From an uncultured bacterium (GTDB taxonomy: Bacteria > Patescibacteriota > Minisyncoccia > Phycocordibacterales > UBA918), in contig CBFGXL010000003.1 in NCBI GenBank assembly GCA_965652925.1, positions 9-64,008 of the forward strand: 64,000 nt of DNA, in the 5' to 3' direction. The position numbers and the translations under genes were made by a program. This document shows, piece by piece, positions 10,405 through 18,989 of this stretch (positions are counted from its first letter, which is position 1; every line of letters starts with the position of its first letter). The notes beneath the pieces are model-generated. The model saw nothing but the letters and a program-made list of their open reading frames with translations, did not search any database and was not told the DNA's origin.

Positions 10405-10827
10405 CTAGACGTATGTCCGGGCATTCTTTTGTAGAGATGAGAGTGAGGTGTTGTGAAATCGCTTTCCTCTGATAAGTAGATTCGTTTCAAAAGCTTGGAT
10501 ATTGAATACTTCACTTATGAGTTTTGTGGTTTTTTGAGCGTCGAAGGTTTTGCAGGAATACACATCCGCAGTGACAAACCCCCGTTCTTCATAGGTGTGG
10601 ATACTGATGTGTGATTCCATGATAAAGACGAATCCTGAAAGGCCGCGTATTCCTGGCTCATCAACTTTAATGATGTGAGGGAAACCAACTCTGCGCATAC
10701 CAATGTGCGCCGGGAGTTCCATGAGCAATTTGTACAGATTATCGACGCTCCCGCAGAGTTTTGCATTCGCTGCGTATCCGTCGAGTGTCAGCTGCAGCCC
10801 GTAGGCTGTATTTTTCTCTTTTTCCAT
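10405..10827 (-). CDS. speD: pyruvoyl-dependent decarboxylase, S-adenosylmethionine decarboxylase (SpeD) family
   Basis: GLSGFVFIMESHISIHTY self-cleavage motif, DVYSC; substrate uncertain. Confidence 0.8.
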   Translation of the reverse strand: MEKEKNTAYGLQLTLDGYAANAKLCGSVDNLYKLLMELPAHIGMRRVGFPHIIKVDEPGIRGLSGFVFIMESHISIHTYEERGFVTADVYSCKTFDAQKTTKLISEVFNIQAFETNLLIRGKRFHNTSLSSLQKNARTYV

Positions 10828-10828
10828 A

Positions 10829-11512
10829 TTACTTCGTGATGATAGGAGCAACGATCGTGTTGCTCTTCCAATACTGGCAATTCTCAGGGGGAACCACCGG
10901 ACAGATACTGAGGTCGATATGTCTAAACCCAGCCTGCTTCAATTTGTGCATATGTGCATCAGAAAAAGAATCTATCTCATCTGAGTAGTAGGTGAGCACC
11001 CCGCCATCTTTGAGCATGCGGAAGGCTTCTTCAAAGAATGTAAAGTGGTTTTGGTGGATCTCATCCTCGCTTAAGGGGTAGGTGTCAAATAATATCCCTG
11101 AGATGCTTCCGTCAGGGATAACTTTGGCAATGTCCTGCCAGAATCCGTATAGGGGAATAATCGGGTGAGCACTTTCCTGTGCAAAAGTCACGAGAGTATC
11201 GAATACATCATTATTGGCCTCGATAATGTAGTGTGAATCAATAGCGTGCGATTGAATATATTGCGCTGAGATACCCATGCCAAAGCCTACTTCAAGCACT
11301 GTTCCTCCTTGTGAAGCGGCGATTCTCGCGAGCTCTTGCATGTATGGGTCTTCCCAGCGTTCCATAACTGGATGTCCCTGTATCACCAATTCATCTTGCG
11401 TAAGCGTTGCTTTTTCCTGCTTCCACATGTGGTAATCCGATAAGAAACCGATATCACGTCGTGACTGATACGTAACCTCACGTATGTCATCAAATTTTTT
11501 GTTTTGGATCAT
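10829..11512 (-). CDS. class I SAM methyltransferase, guanidinoacetate N-methyltransferase (GAMT)/Rmt2-like
   Basis: PVMERWEDPYM, VLEVGFGMGI, IIEAN, GILFDTYPL, LKDGGVLTY. Confidence 0.85.
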   Translation of the reverse strand: MIQNKKFDDIREVTYQSRRDIGFLSDYHMWKQEKATLTQDELVIQGHPVMERWEDPYMQELARIAASQGGTVLEVGFGMGISAQYIQSHAIDSHYIIEANNDVFDTLVTFAQESAHPIIPLYGFWQDIAKVIPDGSISGILFDTYPLSEDEIHQNHFTFFEEAFRMLKDGGVLTYYSDEIDSFSDAHMHKLKQAGFRHIDLSICPVVPPENCQYWKSNTIVAPIITK

Positions 11513-11622
11513 CTTAAAAAAGTTATTGATTAACTTTTTTAGTCTACAAAACAGAGGATAAACTTCCCTCAAAGAAAAATTAAATTTTATTTCACAAAAA
11601 AATAAACTGTACAGCGTGCAGC

Positions 11623-12294
11623 TTATGAGTGGTCAAATCTATACCCAATCCCCGGTACTGTCTGTATAAGGCGTGCATGGCGTTCTGAATCAAGCTTTCG
11701 GCGGAGTGTCATGATATGCGTTTCTATTGTGTTTGAAAAAGGATCGGCGTTCATGTCCCATACATGCTCCAGTATCATGCCGCGTGAAAGAACCGTGCCG
11801 CGATTTCTCATGAGATACTCAAGGAGTAGGAATTCTTTGCGTGTGAGATATACCTCTTGTCCATTTTTCTTCACAATATGTCGTTTGCAGTCGAGTTCAA
11901 GATCTCCAATTTCAAGAATGTCTGACTGGAGTTCTTTCGGGCGGCGCAAGAGTGCTCGAATGCGCGCAAGAAGCTCTTCAAATGAAAACGGTTTTGTGAG
12001 GTAATCGTCAGCACCGGCATTGAGGAATCCTATCTTATTTACGGTTTCTGATTTAACAGAAAGTCCAATTATCGGCGTTTTAATGTTGCGTGTTCTGAGT
12101 TCTTTGCATATATCAAGTCCTGTATTGCGAGGCAACATGAAGTCTAGAATGATCACGTCGTAATCATTGGTCGTACCCAAATATACTCCTTCTTCACCAT
12201 CAAATGTTGTGTCGACAACAAAATATTCTGATTCCAAACTGATCTTCAGAAATTCATTAATTTTTGGGTCGTCTTCAACTACAAGGATGCGCAT
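11623..12294 (-). CDS. OmpR-family two-component response regulator
   Basis: RILVVEDD, LDFMLP, GADDYLTKPF, LTRKEFLLLEYL, IQTVPGIGY. Confidence 0.95.
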   Translation of the reverse strand: MRILVVEDDPKINEFLKISLESEYFVVDTTFDGEEGVYLGTTNDYDVIILDFMLPRNTGLDICKELRTRNIKTPIIGLSVKSETVNKIGFLNAGADDYLTKPFSFEELLARIRALLRRPKELQSDILEIGDLELDCKRHIVKKNGQEVYLTRKEFLLLEYLMRNRGTVLSRGMILEHVWDMNADPFSNTIETHIMTLRRKLDSERHARLIQTVPGIGYRFDHS

Positions 12295-12515
12295 ATGAGC
12301 TACAGGGACAGTGGTATTGAGAATATATCTTTTTAGTACAAATACTTGATAAATATTTTATCTTAAATTTGCAATCATGTATATGCAAGTTCATTAGCAT
12401 ACAGATGAGTTTACTTATCTACTGCACAAGATATGTATACGCACTGTGCTCAAGATATACTGAAGATATCTGAGGTGTGTGAATGATCTCTGCAATCAGT
12501 AATTTATATATTGTT

Positions 12516-13658
12516 ATGCATATTGAGCAGAAACTTTGGACACAGCGCGATGGATGGCAAAGCAAAAGTGAGCCTCTCCAGCACACCCCACAGCTCGTGT
12601 TTGTATTTGGCGGCAGAGCAGAGGTCCAAAAGCAGGAGTATTTTGCTGAGATAAAAAAAATGTATCCCGACTCGAACATTCTCACCTGTTCTACTTCGGG
12701 TGAAATTCTGGGAACACGTGTCTATGACCACTCTTTGTGCGTTACTGCAATTCACTTTGAAAAAACAAAAGTGTCGTTTGCTCAGACAACTATTGCAAGT
12801 ACTGATGAAAGTGAAGCGAAGGGGAAGATACTTGCTGAATCTCTACCGCATGACGATCTCGCTCATGTGCTGGTCTTTTCTGATGGGCTTATAGTAAATG
12901 GCACTGCGTTAGTTGATGGTCTGACAGCTGCACTGCCAAGCACTATTTCTGTTACTGGCGGGTTGGTGGGGGATGGAGCTGATTTTAAACATACTGTTGC
13001 GGGGCTCAATGAAGCTCCCAAGGAAAATAACATTATTCTCATTGGATTGTATGGAACCGACATTAACGTTGGGTACGGATCGCTCGGAGGATGGGATACC
13101 TTCGGTCCCGATCGAACTATTACTCGTTCAAAAGGAAATGTGCTCTATGAGCTCGATGAACAACCTGCGCTTGAGCTTTACAAGGAATATTTAGGTGAAC
13201 TTGCTTCAGAGCTTCCTGGGTCAGGACTCTTGTTCCCGATGCGATTGCAGTACATTTCTAAAAATGGAGAAGTCGAGGTGGTTCGTACGCTTTTGGGTAT
13301 AAATGAAGAAGATCAAAGCATGACTTTTGCCGGTGATATGCCGGAGGGGGTTACAGCTACCCTTATGCGGGCAAACTTCGAACGATTAGTTGATGGAGCA
13401 CAAGGGGCAGCGAAGATGAGTATTGAAAACAGTGGAAAAGAGGTTGAATTCGCTTTACTTATCAGTTGTGTGGGAAGGAAGCTGGTTCTTAAAGAACGAA
13501 TTGAAGAGGAGACTGAAGCAGTCCAGTCGGTTGTCGGGGAAAAAACAGTGATGGCAGGATTCTATTCGTATGGAGAGATCTGCCCTATTGCACCAACAGA
13601 AAAACAATGCCGTTTGCACAATCAGACCATGACCATAACAACGTTGAGCGAAAAGTAA
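12516..13658 (+). CDS. FIST N/C domain sensor protein (NosP-like)
   Basis: CSTSGEI, SDGLxVNG, TGGLVGDG, GGWDTFG, NVLYELDEQPALELY, SCVGRK, GFYSYGEI, HNQTMT. Confidence 0.92.
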   Translation: MHIEQKLWTQRDGWQSKSEPLQHTPQLVFVFGGRAEVQKQEYFAEIKKMYPDSNILTCSTSGEILGTRVYDHSLCVTAIHFEKTKVSFAQTTIASTDESEAKGKILAESLPHDDLAHVLVFSDGLIVNGTALVDGLTAALPSTISVTGGLVGDGADFKHTVAGLNEAPKENNIILIGLYGTDINVGYGSLGGWDTFGPDRTITRSKGNVLYELDEQPALELYKEYLGELASELPGSGLLFPMRLQYISKNGEVEVVRTLLGINEEDQSMTFAGDMPEGVTATLMRANFERLVDGAQGAAKMSIENSGKEVEFALLISCVGRKLVLKERIEEETEAVQSVVGEKTVMAGFYSYGEICPIAPTEKQCRLHNQTMTITTLSEK

Positions 13659-13659
13659 C

Positions 13660-14322
13660 ATGCATAGGACCCTGGTTCGACAACTCGATAAGTATGCTGA
13701 CCTCACTCCAGAGAGTGTTGTGTCTCCATGGAAAGAGTTGCTGTCTGCGGTCAGTACTACCTATGATGATTTTGACCGGGATAAACAGCTTATTGAGCGT
13801 TCGCTTGAAATAAGCTCACACGAACTGCGTCGCCTCATTTCCACACTGCAGGCGACACTTGATGCCACCAATGAAGGTATTCTTGTTATGGATGACAAAG
13901 GAAGGATGGCTAATCACAATAAAAGATTTACAGAGATTTGGAGCATCCCTGATGACATCATGAACACCCATGATGCAACAAAGGCACTTGAGTATGCTAT
14001 GCAGCTTGTACTCAATCCGGTGCCGTTCCGCGAGAGTGTGGAAGAAGCACTGAATAAAAACGATAAAGAGACTGTGTATGTTGTACACTTTAAGGATGGG
14101 AGAGTAATAGAACTTCGATCCAAGCCACACTTTCTTGACGGGGAGAGTGCGGGTACGATCTGGAGTTCTCGTGACATCACCCAGAGTGTTAAGGCTGAAG
14201 AAGATCTGAAAGCAAAGCTCGCAGCTCTTGAATTACTTAACAAGTCGATGGTTGATCGAGAGTTAAAGATGATTGAGCTCAAGAAGAAGATCGCAGAATT
14301 GTCGAAGGACAATACCTTATGA
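13660..14322 (+). CDS. cytoplasmic PAS protein with FIST-partner N-terminus and RELKMIELK coiled coil, no output domain
   Basis: MHRTLVRQL...ERSLEISSHEL N-terminus; PAS (LDATNEGILVMD...NKRF...W...SRDIT); terminal coiled coil. Confidence 0.8.
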   Translation: MHRTLVRQLDKYADLTPESVVSPWKELLSAVSTTYDDFDRDKQLIERSLEISSHELRRLISTLQATLDATNEGILVMDDKGRMANHNKRFTEIWSIPDDIMNTHDATKALEYAMQLVLNPVPFRESVEEALNKNDKETVYVVHFKDGRVIELRSKPHFLDGESAGTIWSSRDITQSVKAEEDLKAKLAALELLNKSMVDRELKMIELKKKIAELSKDNTL

Positions 14323-16469
14323 AAAAAAGCGAACGTTTTACATACGGAATACAACTGAAGTTTATCCTCTTCAGGTTGTTTAATACTCTCATTATCATCC
14401 TGCTTGGAGCATTCTGTATCTACATGATCACAGATGCAGGGAAGAGTTCTTCGAGTGTTGTGGAGAACAGATTGCCAAAGCTCGATGCCGTCCAAGAAAT
14501 ATACTCAGCTGTTTTCTCTTCAGGTCTATATGGTGCTGCTGTACTTAATGATCAGGACAGACTCGGTGGAGAAGATCAGTACACGCGTGAGCTTGAGGAA
14601 AGTTTCAAGAGGGCACATCTATATTTAGACGCGCTCATCTATGGCACAGAGACCGAAACATTTGAAAAATTGCACGGACGGGATATGAATGATCTGGGTA
14701 TTGAATCACTCAGTATAGTAAATCCTTCAGAAGAGCTGGTTGAATCTGTGACAGAAGTGAAGATGGAAGTCGAAAAATTCGAAGAGTCACTGCGCACTGC
14801 AATAACTGCTCGTGAGGCTTCTACGGCGGATGCGTCAGAGGCAACTACGAGTGCTCTGCTGCAGCAGGATACCTACGAATTGCAACGTGTTGCCTTTACC
14901 TCACATACCGACAGCATCGCTCAGGCTCTCGATGAAGTGCAGACCTTGCTTGATACGCAGATTAATACAGGGATCGAACAAGTAAATGAAAACAATAAAA
15001 CCAGGGTAGTTCTTGTTTTTCTTGTCGTGCTATTGGCAGCAACTGTAGCGCTCTTTGGAGGGCTTTTATTCTCTAACCATGTAATACTCGGACCGTTACG
15101 CTCACTCACACAAACAGCAGAGGAGATGGCTGAAGGGAAACTTTCACGCCGAGTGAAAATCACATCCAAGGATGAAATTGGAAAACTTGGTTATACATTC
15201 AATAAACTCGCAAGCAGACTTCAGTCATCGTATGACGATCTGGAGAAGATAGTTAAAGATAAGACCGATGCTCTCTCTTCGGTACTTCAGCAGTTTGAAT
15301 CGAAAAATGACGACCTTGAAAAGTCGCAGATGGCAACCATCAACCTTTTGGAAGATCTTGAGGAGGAGAAACGTGCTGTTGAGCAAAGAGTCAAGGACAG
15401 AACTGAAGAGCTTGAGCGTGAAAAAAATAAACTTCTCCAAGTGACGAGCAACATGAAAGGAGGAGGTATCCTTCTTGATAAGGAAGGCAATGTTGTATTC
15501 ACTAATGAAGCAACATTTAAAATGCTCGACATAAAAGAGGGAGTAAGTTCCAAAGAGATTCTTGAGCATTTTCTTTCTTACTTTGATGAGTCTTCTATCC
15601 GACAGTACTTCAAGCGATGCATCGCGGGGGAAACTTTTCATGTGGAAGAGATCAGCGGCCATGGCAGGGTGTACGAGATGTTCTTCCATTATTTGAAGAA
15701 TGATGAAGTGAAAGGATCAGAAGGCTACTTTATCTTGTTCTTCGATATAACTGACGCGAAGCTCCTCGAACGCTCAAAAAGCGAACTGGTTGCTGTTGCA
15801 TCACATCAGTTACGTACACCACTTACCGCTATGCGCGGAAACGTAGAAATGCTTATTGACGAAAGTTTTGGAAAGCTTAACAAAGAACAGCATGAGCTTC
15901 TTGATGATGTTGAGGTTTCGACCATACGTCTCATTACTATGGTCAATGAGATGCTTGATATAACAAAGATAGAAAAAGGTGATCTGGAGATGCAGATTGA
16001 GGAACTTAACCTCAAAGAGATTGTCGACTCTGTCATTGATGACCTTAGTTCTTATGCGAAACGGCACGAGTTCGACATTGACCGGAGCGATCTTTCTGCC
16101 AACGTCATGATTGCAGGAGACAAAGTGCGAGTACGGCAGATCTTCCAGAACCTTATTGATAACGCCATCAAATACAGCAATCATCCCGGTCTGCTCCGCA
16201 TATCAACCAATGTACAATCTGATATGGTTGAGATCGTTTTCAAAGACAATGGCATTGGTGTTCCTAAAAATGAACAGCCGAAGCTCTTTGAACGATTTTA
16301 TCGGGCTTCAAACACGGCAAAGACTGCAAGTAGCGGTTCAGGTTTAGGACTCTATATTGTAAAATCAATTGCACGACAGCTTGGTGGAGACATCCGTTTC
16401 GAATCTGAAGAGGGAATAGGGACAACCTTCTTTGTTACCTTGCCATTGTTTGCTAAACATAAAGCATAG
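14319..16469 (+). CDS. membrane sensor histidine kinase (extracellular domain, HAMP, coiled coil, PAS, HisKA, HATPase)
   Basis: DEIGKLGYTFN (HAMP), ASHQLRTPLT H-box, NLIDNAIKYS, DNGIGV, FERFYR, GSGLGL. Confidence 0.93.
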   Translation: MKKSERFTYGIQLKFILFRLFNTLIIILLGAFCIYMITDAGKSSSSVVENRLPKLDAVQEIYSAVFSSGLYGAAVLNDQDRLGGEDQYTRELEESFKRAHLYLDALIYGTETETFEKLHGRDMNDLGIESLSIVNPSEELVESVTEVKMEVEKFEESLRTAITAREASTADASEATTSALLQQDTYELQRVAFTSHTDSIAQALDEVQTLLDTQINTGIEQVNENNKTRVVLVFLVVLLAATVALFGGLLFSNHVILGPLRSLTQTAEEMAEGKLSRRVKITSKDEIGKLGYTFNKLASRLQSSYDDLEKIVKDKTDALSSVLQQFESKNDDLEKSQMATINLLEDLEEEKRAVEQRVKDRTEELEREKNKLLQVTSNMKGGGILLDKEGNVVFTNEATFKMLDIKEGVSSKEILEHFLSYFDESSIRQYFKRCIAGETFHVEEISGHGRVYEMFFHYLKNDEVKGSEGYFILFFDITDAKLLERSKSELVAVASHQLRTPLTAMRGNVEMLIDESFGKLNKEQHELLDDVEVSTIRLITMVNEMLDITKIEKGDLEMQIEELNLKEIVDSVIDDLSSYAKRHEFDIDRSDLSANVMIAGDKVRVRQIFQNLIDNAIKYSNHPGLLRISTNVQSDMVEIVFKDNGIGVPKNEQPKLFERFYRASNTAKTASSGSGLGLYIVKSIARQLGGDIRFESEEGIGTTFFVTLPLFAKHKA

Positions 16470-16473
16470 TTGT

Positions 16474-16899
16474 ATGGAAAAAATCACAGAATCAAAGCCA
16501 TTGAAAGACAGGAAGATACTCATCGTTGAGGATGATCATTTTATTTCACGAATCTATGAAAAATGGCTCACTGCTGCTGGAGCTCATATTCTGATTGCGC
16601 ACGATGGTGTGCAAGGGCTGCGTACGCTTGACGAAGAAGAGGTCGATCTTGTGCTTCTTGATCTCGGTATGCCTGGACTTGATGGCTACCAGACGCTGCT
16701 GCAACTGCGCGAGCGTCCGAAGTTGAAGGAATTGCCAGTTATTATTCTCAGTAATACGACCATGAATGAGAATCGTGATGGCTTTGCAGATATAAAAAGG
16801 GCAGGGGTTAAGGATGTGCTCCGCAAATATGAGATATCGCTTACCGAGATAGTGAACTGTATCAGCGCATATTTCCCTAAAGAGTTAAAAACCCAATAA
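16474..16899 (+). CDS. single-domain response regulator (receiver)
   Basis: ILIVEDD, LLDLGMPGLDG, PVIILSN; no output domain. Confidence 0.88.
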   Translation: MEKITESKPLKDRKILIVEDDHFISRIYEKWLTAAGAHILIAHDGVQGLRTLDEEEVDLVLLDLGMPGLDGYQTLLQLRERPKLKELPVIILSNTTMNENRDGFADIKRAGVKDVLRKYEISLTEIVNCISAYFPKELKTQ

Positions 16900-16908
16900 A
16901 TTTATTCT

Positions 16909-17301
16909 ATGAGTACACCACACAAAATATTATTGGGGGAAGATGAAGAGTTTGTTGCTCGTTCTTACATCCGGAAACTCCAGGTAGAGGGCTATGAAGT
17001 TGTGCACGCGCACAATGGAGAAGAGGCCCTTAAACTTATGGAGGTTGAGAAACCGGACCTAGTTATACTTGATCTCATGATGCCGGTGAAAACTGGGTTT
17101 GAGGTTCTGCAAGAAATAAAATCAGGAACAAATGAAGCGCTGAAAAAGCTGCCGATTATTGTAGCATCTAATCTTGGTCAGAAAACAGATATTGATACCG
17201 CACGTTCGCTCGGTGCAATTGATTTCCTCATTAAATCAAACATATCGCTGAAGGAGCTTGTGGCAAAAGTGCAGGAGCATCTACCTGCGCAAAAAAAGTA
17301 G
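16909..17301 (+). CDS. single-domain response regulator (receiver)
   Basis: ILLGEDE, ILDLMMPVKTG, SNLGQ, GAIDFLIK; no output domain. Confidence 0.88.
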   Translation: MSTPHKILLGEDEEFVARSYIRKLQVEGYEVVHAHNGEEALKLMEVEKPDLVILDLMMPVKTGFEVLQEIKSGTNEALKKLPIIVASNLGQKTDIDTARSLGAIDFLIKSNISLKELVAKVQEHLPAQKK

Positions 17302-17306
17302 TCGTC

Positions 17307-18986
17307 ATGGAAATTTCCACTGATAATTTAGAAGAAATGCTTGTCCCGCCGGGACATATTACTGAAGAGCAGCTTCTTGCTGCAGTGACCGCTTCGGAGT
17401 ACAAACGTATTCCCTTAAAGGAAGAGCTCATTGAAGAAGGTCTGGTCACGGATGTTAATCTTGGGAGAACCATTGCTGATTTCTTCGACTGTCGGTTCAT
17501 CGACCTTGCTGAACTTTTGCTGAAAGATGAATATCTGCCGTATATTCCTGAAATAGTTGCTCGTGCGCAAAGAGCTGTCGTGTTCGGTGTGACTGATACA
17601 TCTGTTCAAGTTGCTACAGAGAATATCGACAACTATGAGTTCTTCAGACTTTTGGAGAAGAAGACAGGAAAAGAGGTGGATGTGTATTACGCAACCACTC
17701 GTGGGTTAGATCGCGCCCTTAAGCATTATAAAGGTGATCTCAATGGAAAGATCATTTCTCTTATACAGACCAGTTTACAAGACCAGCAGGATGGAGATAT
17801 TGTGCGGCTCGTGGATCTTTTCCTTGAATACGCAAGCGACAATCGCGCCTCAGACATTCATATTGAGCCGCTTGAAGAGGAGATACTCATACGGTTCCGT
17901 GTTGACGGCATATTGCACGAGGCTGTGCGGTATCCTAAAGTGCTGCATGAAAAGGTCATCTTCCGCATCAAGATTATGGCACATATGCAGACAGACGAGC
18001 ATGCTGCAGCACAAGACGGACGTTTTGAATACAAAGGTGCTGACAGTATATTTGATGTTCGTGTTTCTATATTGCCTATAACAGACGGTGAAAATGTGGT
18101 TATGCGTCTTTTGGACTCGCGTACACATCGTTACTCGCTTGAGAATCTTGGTCTTGGTGAAAGTGACTATAACAAGATCATCAATGCTATTGAAAAGCCT
18201 CATGGCATGATCATGGCGGTAGGACCAACCGGCTCCGGCAAGACCACTGTGCTGTACACCATACTGGAGAAACTCAACAGCAGTGAGGTCAATATCATGA
18301 CCATTGAAGACCCGGTTGAGTACGATATCGAAGGCGTGCAACAAACACAGGTCAACCCTAAAAAGAATCTCACGTTTGCAACCGGTTTGCGATCGATCGT
18401 CCGGCAAGACCCGGACATCATCATGGTGGGAGAGATCCGTGATGAGGAAACAGCTGACATTTCAATCAACTCGGCGCTTACCGGACATTTGGTCATTTCA
18501 ACATTGCACACGAATGATGCTGCAACTACCTTTCCGCGACTTATGGAAATGAATGTGGAGCCATTCCTCATTGCGTCATCAGTTAATGTCATTATTGCGC
18601 TCCGACTGGTGCGAAAGATATGCACTCACTGTAAGGAGAGTTACTTGCCGACTAAAACAGAGCTGCAGCTTTTGCAGCTTGATGACCATATTGTGGAGTT
18701 CATCACTCGTATTGGCGGTAGCAAGGATCTGACCAAACTACGATTGTACCGGGGTGTCGGCTGCAAGATGTGCCGCAATTCAGGCTTCAGCGAGCGGGGA
18801 GGTATTTTCGAGGTACTCGAAGTTGATGAGGACATACGCCTCCTTATAACGCAAAAGGCATCGGCAGAAATGATCAATCAAAAGGCAATAGAAAAAGGAA
18901 TGACCACGCTGTTGTACGACGGCATTGTTAAAGCCCTTAATGGTACAACAACGCTTGAAGAGGTAATGAAGGTGGCACGCACATAA
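17307..18986 (+). CDS. pilB: type IV pilus / T2SS assembly ATPase (PilB/GspE)
   Basis: ASDIHIEP, RFRVDG, GPTGSGKTT, TIEDPVEY, RQDPDIIMVGEIRD, TGHLVISTLHTND, CxxC zinc motifs. Confidence 0.92.
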   Translation: MEISTDNLEEMLVPPGHITEEQLLAAVTASEYKRIPLKEELIEEGLVTDVNLGRTIADFFDCRFIDLAELLLKDEYLPYIPEIVARAQRAVVFGVTDTSVQVATENIDNYEFFRLLEKKTGKEVDVYYATTRGLDRALKHYKGDLNGKIISLIQTSLQDQQDGDIVRLVDLFLEYASDNRASDIHIEPLEEEILIRFRVDGILHEAVRYPKVLHEKVIFRIKIMAHMQTDEHAAAQDGRFEYKGADSIFDVRVSILPITDGENVVMRLLDSRTHRYSLENLGLGESDYNKIINAIEKPHGMIMAVGPTGSGKTTVLYTILEKLNSSEVNIMTIEDPVEYDIEGVQQTQVNPKKNLTFATGLRSIVRQDPDIIMVGEIRDEETADISINSALTGHLVISTLHTNDAATTFPRLMEMNVEPFLIASSVNVIIALRLVRKICTHCKESYLPTKTELQLLQLDDHIVEFITRIGGSKDLTKLRLYRGVGCKMCRNSGFSERGGIFEVLEVDEDIRLLITQKASAEMINQKAIEKGMTTLLYDGIVKALNGTTTLEEVMKVART

Positions 18987-18989
18987 CAT

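Noticed and set aside
10405-10827. Standard spermidine biosynthesis (speD-speE) operon
   Set aside because: The adjacent SAM-fold enzyme has GAMT motifs (LEVGFGMG, DTYP), not the aminopropyltransferase GGGDG motif.
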